Assembly: GCF_001194135.2 (NCBI RefSeq)
Contig: NC_068995.1
Location: 35,365,159-35,429,158 of the forward strand
From: Octopus bimaculoides
Lineage: Eukaryota
Direction of reading: 5' to 3'
Length of the DNA: 64,000 bases
Positions 60,066 through 64,000 of this stretch are shown here, in pieces (the stretch's first letter is position 1; each line of letters starts with the position of its first letter). The position numbers were made by a program, and so were the translations under genes. The notes under the pieces were generated by a model. It did not search any database, had not been told where the DNA came from, and was given only the letters and a program-made list of their open reading frames with translations.

Positions 60066-60573
60066 TCACAATGTCGTCAGAATTTAAATAATAAAAAAGG
60101 AAATGAGAACATTCTGAAGGGTAAATGCTGAGTTTAAATGTCTCTATGCCATTACATTTTTTTGTAAATGTACGCGTAGACTTTCGATGATTGACAGTTT
60201 TAGATTTCTGTCAGGTTGTTTTTATTGCAAGTTATAGTGGTTATGTGCTTTTTTAGTTTACAAAGTAGTGTTTCTTATGATTGGGATTATTTTTCTTCGT
60301 GTACAACTGACTATATGTGGGTTTTTATTTTATTTTACTAACATTTGAATCATATTGTCAATATCCTTATGTAAATTGGGAAAAATGGAATATGGTATAT
60401 CGAGATTTCGCCTAGAGTGCATTCTAAATGGAATCAATAACTGAATAAGAATAGATACTTACAGTTTGCAATGAAACGAGTCTTTGTGTATATCTTGGAT
60501 TTAAAATAAAATGCAAAACCTAATGCAATCGTTCATCTCAGGATGATAGGATTCGTACGTCAATAACTCCGAC

Positions 60574-60574
<1 letters not shown>

Positions 60575-60642
<68 letters not shown>

Positions 60643-60660
60643 AACAATAATAGTAATAAT
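60575..60660. repeat. (AAT)n microsatellite
   Basis: Directly visible. Confidence 0.95.
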
Positions 60661-61098
60661 ATATATAATCATATTTTAGTAAAAGCAAAAAGTTTGTAAA
60701 CTAACAAAAATCAGTAGAATACAATATCTAAAAATATACAATAAATTACAAACCATAATAAAATAGTAACAACACAAACACATCCACACCCACACACACG
60801 CTTATATACAAACTTACAAATGCACTAAAGTAATTATAGGGGTTAGAAATAGGGGTGCAAAATGACAAAAGTGCCCTTACATAAACTGGAAAACAAAAAT
60901 GACTTATGTACTTTAATTATTAGTCACAGCAGGTAACTTTTGTGTGGGAACATATCGGTAATTGAATTTACATGACTAATCCTTATTTTAGTAAATATAA
61001 ATGGACGTACCGAAAGGCCCAATTCGGCAGATGAAGAAAGGGTGTAAAATTACGTTAAATAATGGTGCAGAGTGTAAAGAAAAGGTAAATATACATAA

Positions 61099-61224
61099 AT
61101 GGCTGTAAGAAACTTGCTTCCCAACCACATGGTTCCATATTCAGTCCATCCATAGTTTTGTAAGTGGATTTCATAGACGGAACCTGAAAGAAGACCGTCG
61201 TGTATATCTGTCTATCTATTTATC

Positions 61225-61273
<49 letters not shown>

Positions 61274-61392
61274 NNNNNNNNNNNNNNNNNNNNNNNNNNN
61301 NNNNNNNNNNNNNNNNNNNNNNNNNNNNNNNNNNNNNNNNNNNNNNNNNNNNNNNNNNNNNNNNNNNNNNNNNNNNNNNNNNNNNNNNNNNN

Positions 61393-61436
<44 letters not shown>

Positions 61437-61682
61437 GCATATACATATGTATATATATGTATGTATGTGTGTATGTATATGTGTGTGTGTTTGTCCTCCA
61501 CCACCGTTTAACAACTGGTGTAGTTGTCTTTACGTCCTCGTAACCTAGCGTTTCAGCAAAAGATCGATAGAATAAGTACTTGGCTTAAAAAAATAACGTA
61601 CTGCGGCCGATTCATCCGACTAAAATTTCTTGACGGTGGTGCCCTAGCTTGGCCACAGTCTAATGACGGAAACACGTAAAAA
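61099..61682 (+). mobile_element. CORE-type SINE (partly deleted head, microsatellite linker with gap, 3' domain)
   Basis: CTTGCTTCCCAACCACATGGTTCC..TTCAGTCC, GTGGATTTCATAGACGGAACCTGAAAGAAGACCGTCG, then TTTGTCCTCCACCACCG..TACGTCCTCGTAACCTAGCG..GATAGAATAAGTACT. Confidence 0.82.
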
Positions 61683-63299
61683 TTAATAGAGAAATAAAAG
61701 AAAGCCTGAAGTCCCAAAAGCTACGGATATTCTCCACCATTTAGAAATAGTAAATAAAAGTAAAATTAGACACGAGTATTCTAAAATGAGGTGTGTCTTT
61801 CGCATTTTTACAGGAACCTTTTTATCTGTTTTGTGGCACATGGATAGGAGAATCGGCAAAAAGGCTAATTACACATTTTATGGTATTTAAGTATAGCTAC
61901 TTATGATTTACAAACCGATCTCAAGTGATTATAATAAATGATACTGATATAATATATTCAATTAATACACACTGAGATGAATATAAATATCATTCGATAA
62001 AAGTATTATTCGTACTTGTACTTCTTCTCCAAACCTACGAGTGGCGTAGTGGTGCTGTTCCAAAATCTTCTCAACCGAATGTCTTTTAGACTCAGAAGGT
62101 ATGAAGTGAATAGCAATGATATCATTCCAGTCAAACTTATTATATGGCCCAAATGGGTCAAGGATACAAGTTGACTTCAAGTATCTACAAAAGTCTATGG
62201 AATGTCATGTGTTAGTGCTACTATTTATATTGGACAGATATAAATATCACCTTGAAGTCGTCGATAGAAATCTAGGCGTAAAACTTTCGCAATTCTTCGC
62301 AGACAGTTTTCACAGTCGGAGAGATATCGACTGTATATATCCTGAACGTATCAACATGATTATAGGTAAACCGTACTGAATCATCCATATTGTTTCAAGA
62401 TAAAGTGTTTGCAAAGTCAAAGACTAATGATAGTCTAGAATGTCCAGAATTTTAGCTGTTTGGTTTTTAGAAACAAAAGGTTTGATTTTTCAACTGTCGG
62501 CATTTACAGAGAGTCGGTTAGTAAAAGCTGAATGCGTTGTTCCCAGCGCATGAAACCAGCAGCAACTACAAAGGTGAACTATTTTAGTAACAGTTGATGG
62601 AGACGTCCGTAAACAACCTGAAAACTTCTGGTCACAATGCTTTTGTTTAATCTACTATTTTAATCTGCTCGTTAACTCTCAACATTGCTTTCGAAAACTA
62701 CTTCTTTGCTATAATTTATATAATCTAGACTCAAGTCTATCTAGGGATAGAGCTCTCCTTCATCGATTTTGACAATGGCCTTGTCATTCCATACTTTTAG
62801 TTAGTTTGCTTATCTGGTTGCATCAACATCCAGTAGTTGAGCTCTTGTCTTTGCCTCCAGTCTAGTGTAATTATTCAGTTTTATAAATATATGGTCTATT
62901 ACCTAACCAGCCAGAATTCCACTGATCAATCAATTTACATACAATCAGGATGACACAATGTGTTACGTCCAAGATCTTATTGGTGCATTCTAGATATCAT
63001 ATCTATATTTAGTGAGCTAAGGTCCATGATGAGGCGCCCTGGTTTAAGAGTGACCTCAGGCCATGTGCATTTTACTACCACACTCTTGAGAGCTGCTATG
63101 AAATTACGGAAGAAAGAGGAGAAAAAGAAGCAAGTTACGTAGCAATTTAGTGGAGCAGGAGACTGGGTGATACGGTCTCCCTGTAATTTTGGGGTTCCTC
63201 GGGAAACGATCCAAGATTCCACTGCTGGTCTTGCTCTGGGTATCCTTCGTCATTGAGAAAGTATTCCTCAACGTTTTGTACAATTTCAAGTCCATCTTA

Positions 63300-64000
63300 T
63301 TATTTTCAAATTGTACGACACCTGGATGATGGCCAGGAAGCTGTACGCACCAATGACCATATATAGTCCCCCATCATTGCAGTGTCCCATCTTACTTGAT
63401 ATCTTTTCTTCATCGTAGTAATATCCTGATGGACTCTCTCACCATGTTCCTCACTTACTTGACATAAGTTTTCACGAAAAAAGTCTAAATGCGAAGGCGA
63501 AAAGTGTGCCTGTAATGACATTCTATAGCCTGAATTCTTATAACTCCCAATACGTTTTGCTACGAGCTGCTTGTAGTTTGGGTCTTTGTTATTACTAAGG
63601 AACCCCTTGACAATATCTCGAAATGCACACCATCACTCAACACATTTTCAAGTTTCACTGACCTGAGCATTTCCCTTACTTGTGTCTTAGTAAATATATC
63701 ATCCTTAACTTTTTCCTCAGATAGCTTTCGAAAGAGTAGGCAAATCTCTCGAAATGCTTCTCCACCACGATCTAAAGCCTTTACAAACAGTTTGACCAAA
63801 CCATGCTTTATGTGAAGTGGAGGTAACAACACTTTTGCAGGCTCTACAAGAGGTTGTCATAACATTTAGCTTTCCTAACTGAAGATCTTCTCGTGGGGGC
63901 CACTCAGTCTTCTGATAAAGTTCATGATCAGTCCTACTGTCCCATGGGCAAAGAAAACACGAATATTTAGTGTACCCACCCTGTAATCCAAGTAAGAAGG
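63300..64000 (-). mobile_element. Chapaev3-type (CMC superfamily) transposase pseudogene fragment, continuing beyond the window
   Basis: Minus strand GGYTKYSCFLCPWDSR, LLPPLHIKHGLVKLFVKAL..KLSEEKVKDDIF, MSLQAHF..SHLDFFRENL..VSEEHGERVHQDITTMKKRYQ.RWDTAMMGDYIWSL.R. Confidence 0.87.

Overview
AT-rich, repeat-saturated eukaryotic non-coding DNA from a short-read assembly, with many N gaps flanked by microsatellites. The tRNA-derived SINE families and overall repeat content point to an octopus or other coleoid cephalopod (inference from recognised repeat types, no database check). No host protein-coding gene, rRNA, true tRNA or CRISPR array is supported. The window is a layered record of decayed mobile elements: one full-length Hsmar1-like mariner pseudo-element nested in a SINE, three mariner MITE/deletion derivatives, Tc1/maT fragments, hAT and pogo/Tigger-type MITEs, a Helitron RepHel fragment, a Chapaev3 transposase fragment, two Tx1/L1-clade LINE copies (one internally inverted), a near full-length RTE LINE, a CR1-group LINE remnant, two Penelope-like (GIY-YIG) fragments and many SINEs. 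Most notable: (i) a Penelope-like insertion bracketed by an 86-bp inverted pseudo-LTR segment whose right copy folds into a type I hammerhead ribozyme with a palindromic stem III, an unusually long stem II and a non-canonical core; (ii) a second minimal hammerhead-like motif at 29.5 kb; (iii) a 41-bp tandem array built from the Pol III A-box end of a SINE, enclosed with the SINE by one target-site duplication. Coordinates were counted by hand and the edges of decayed elements are approximate.
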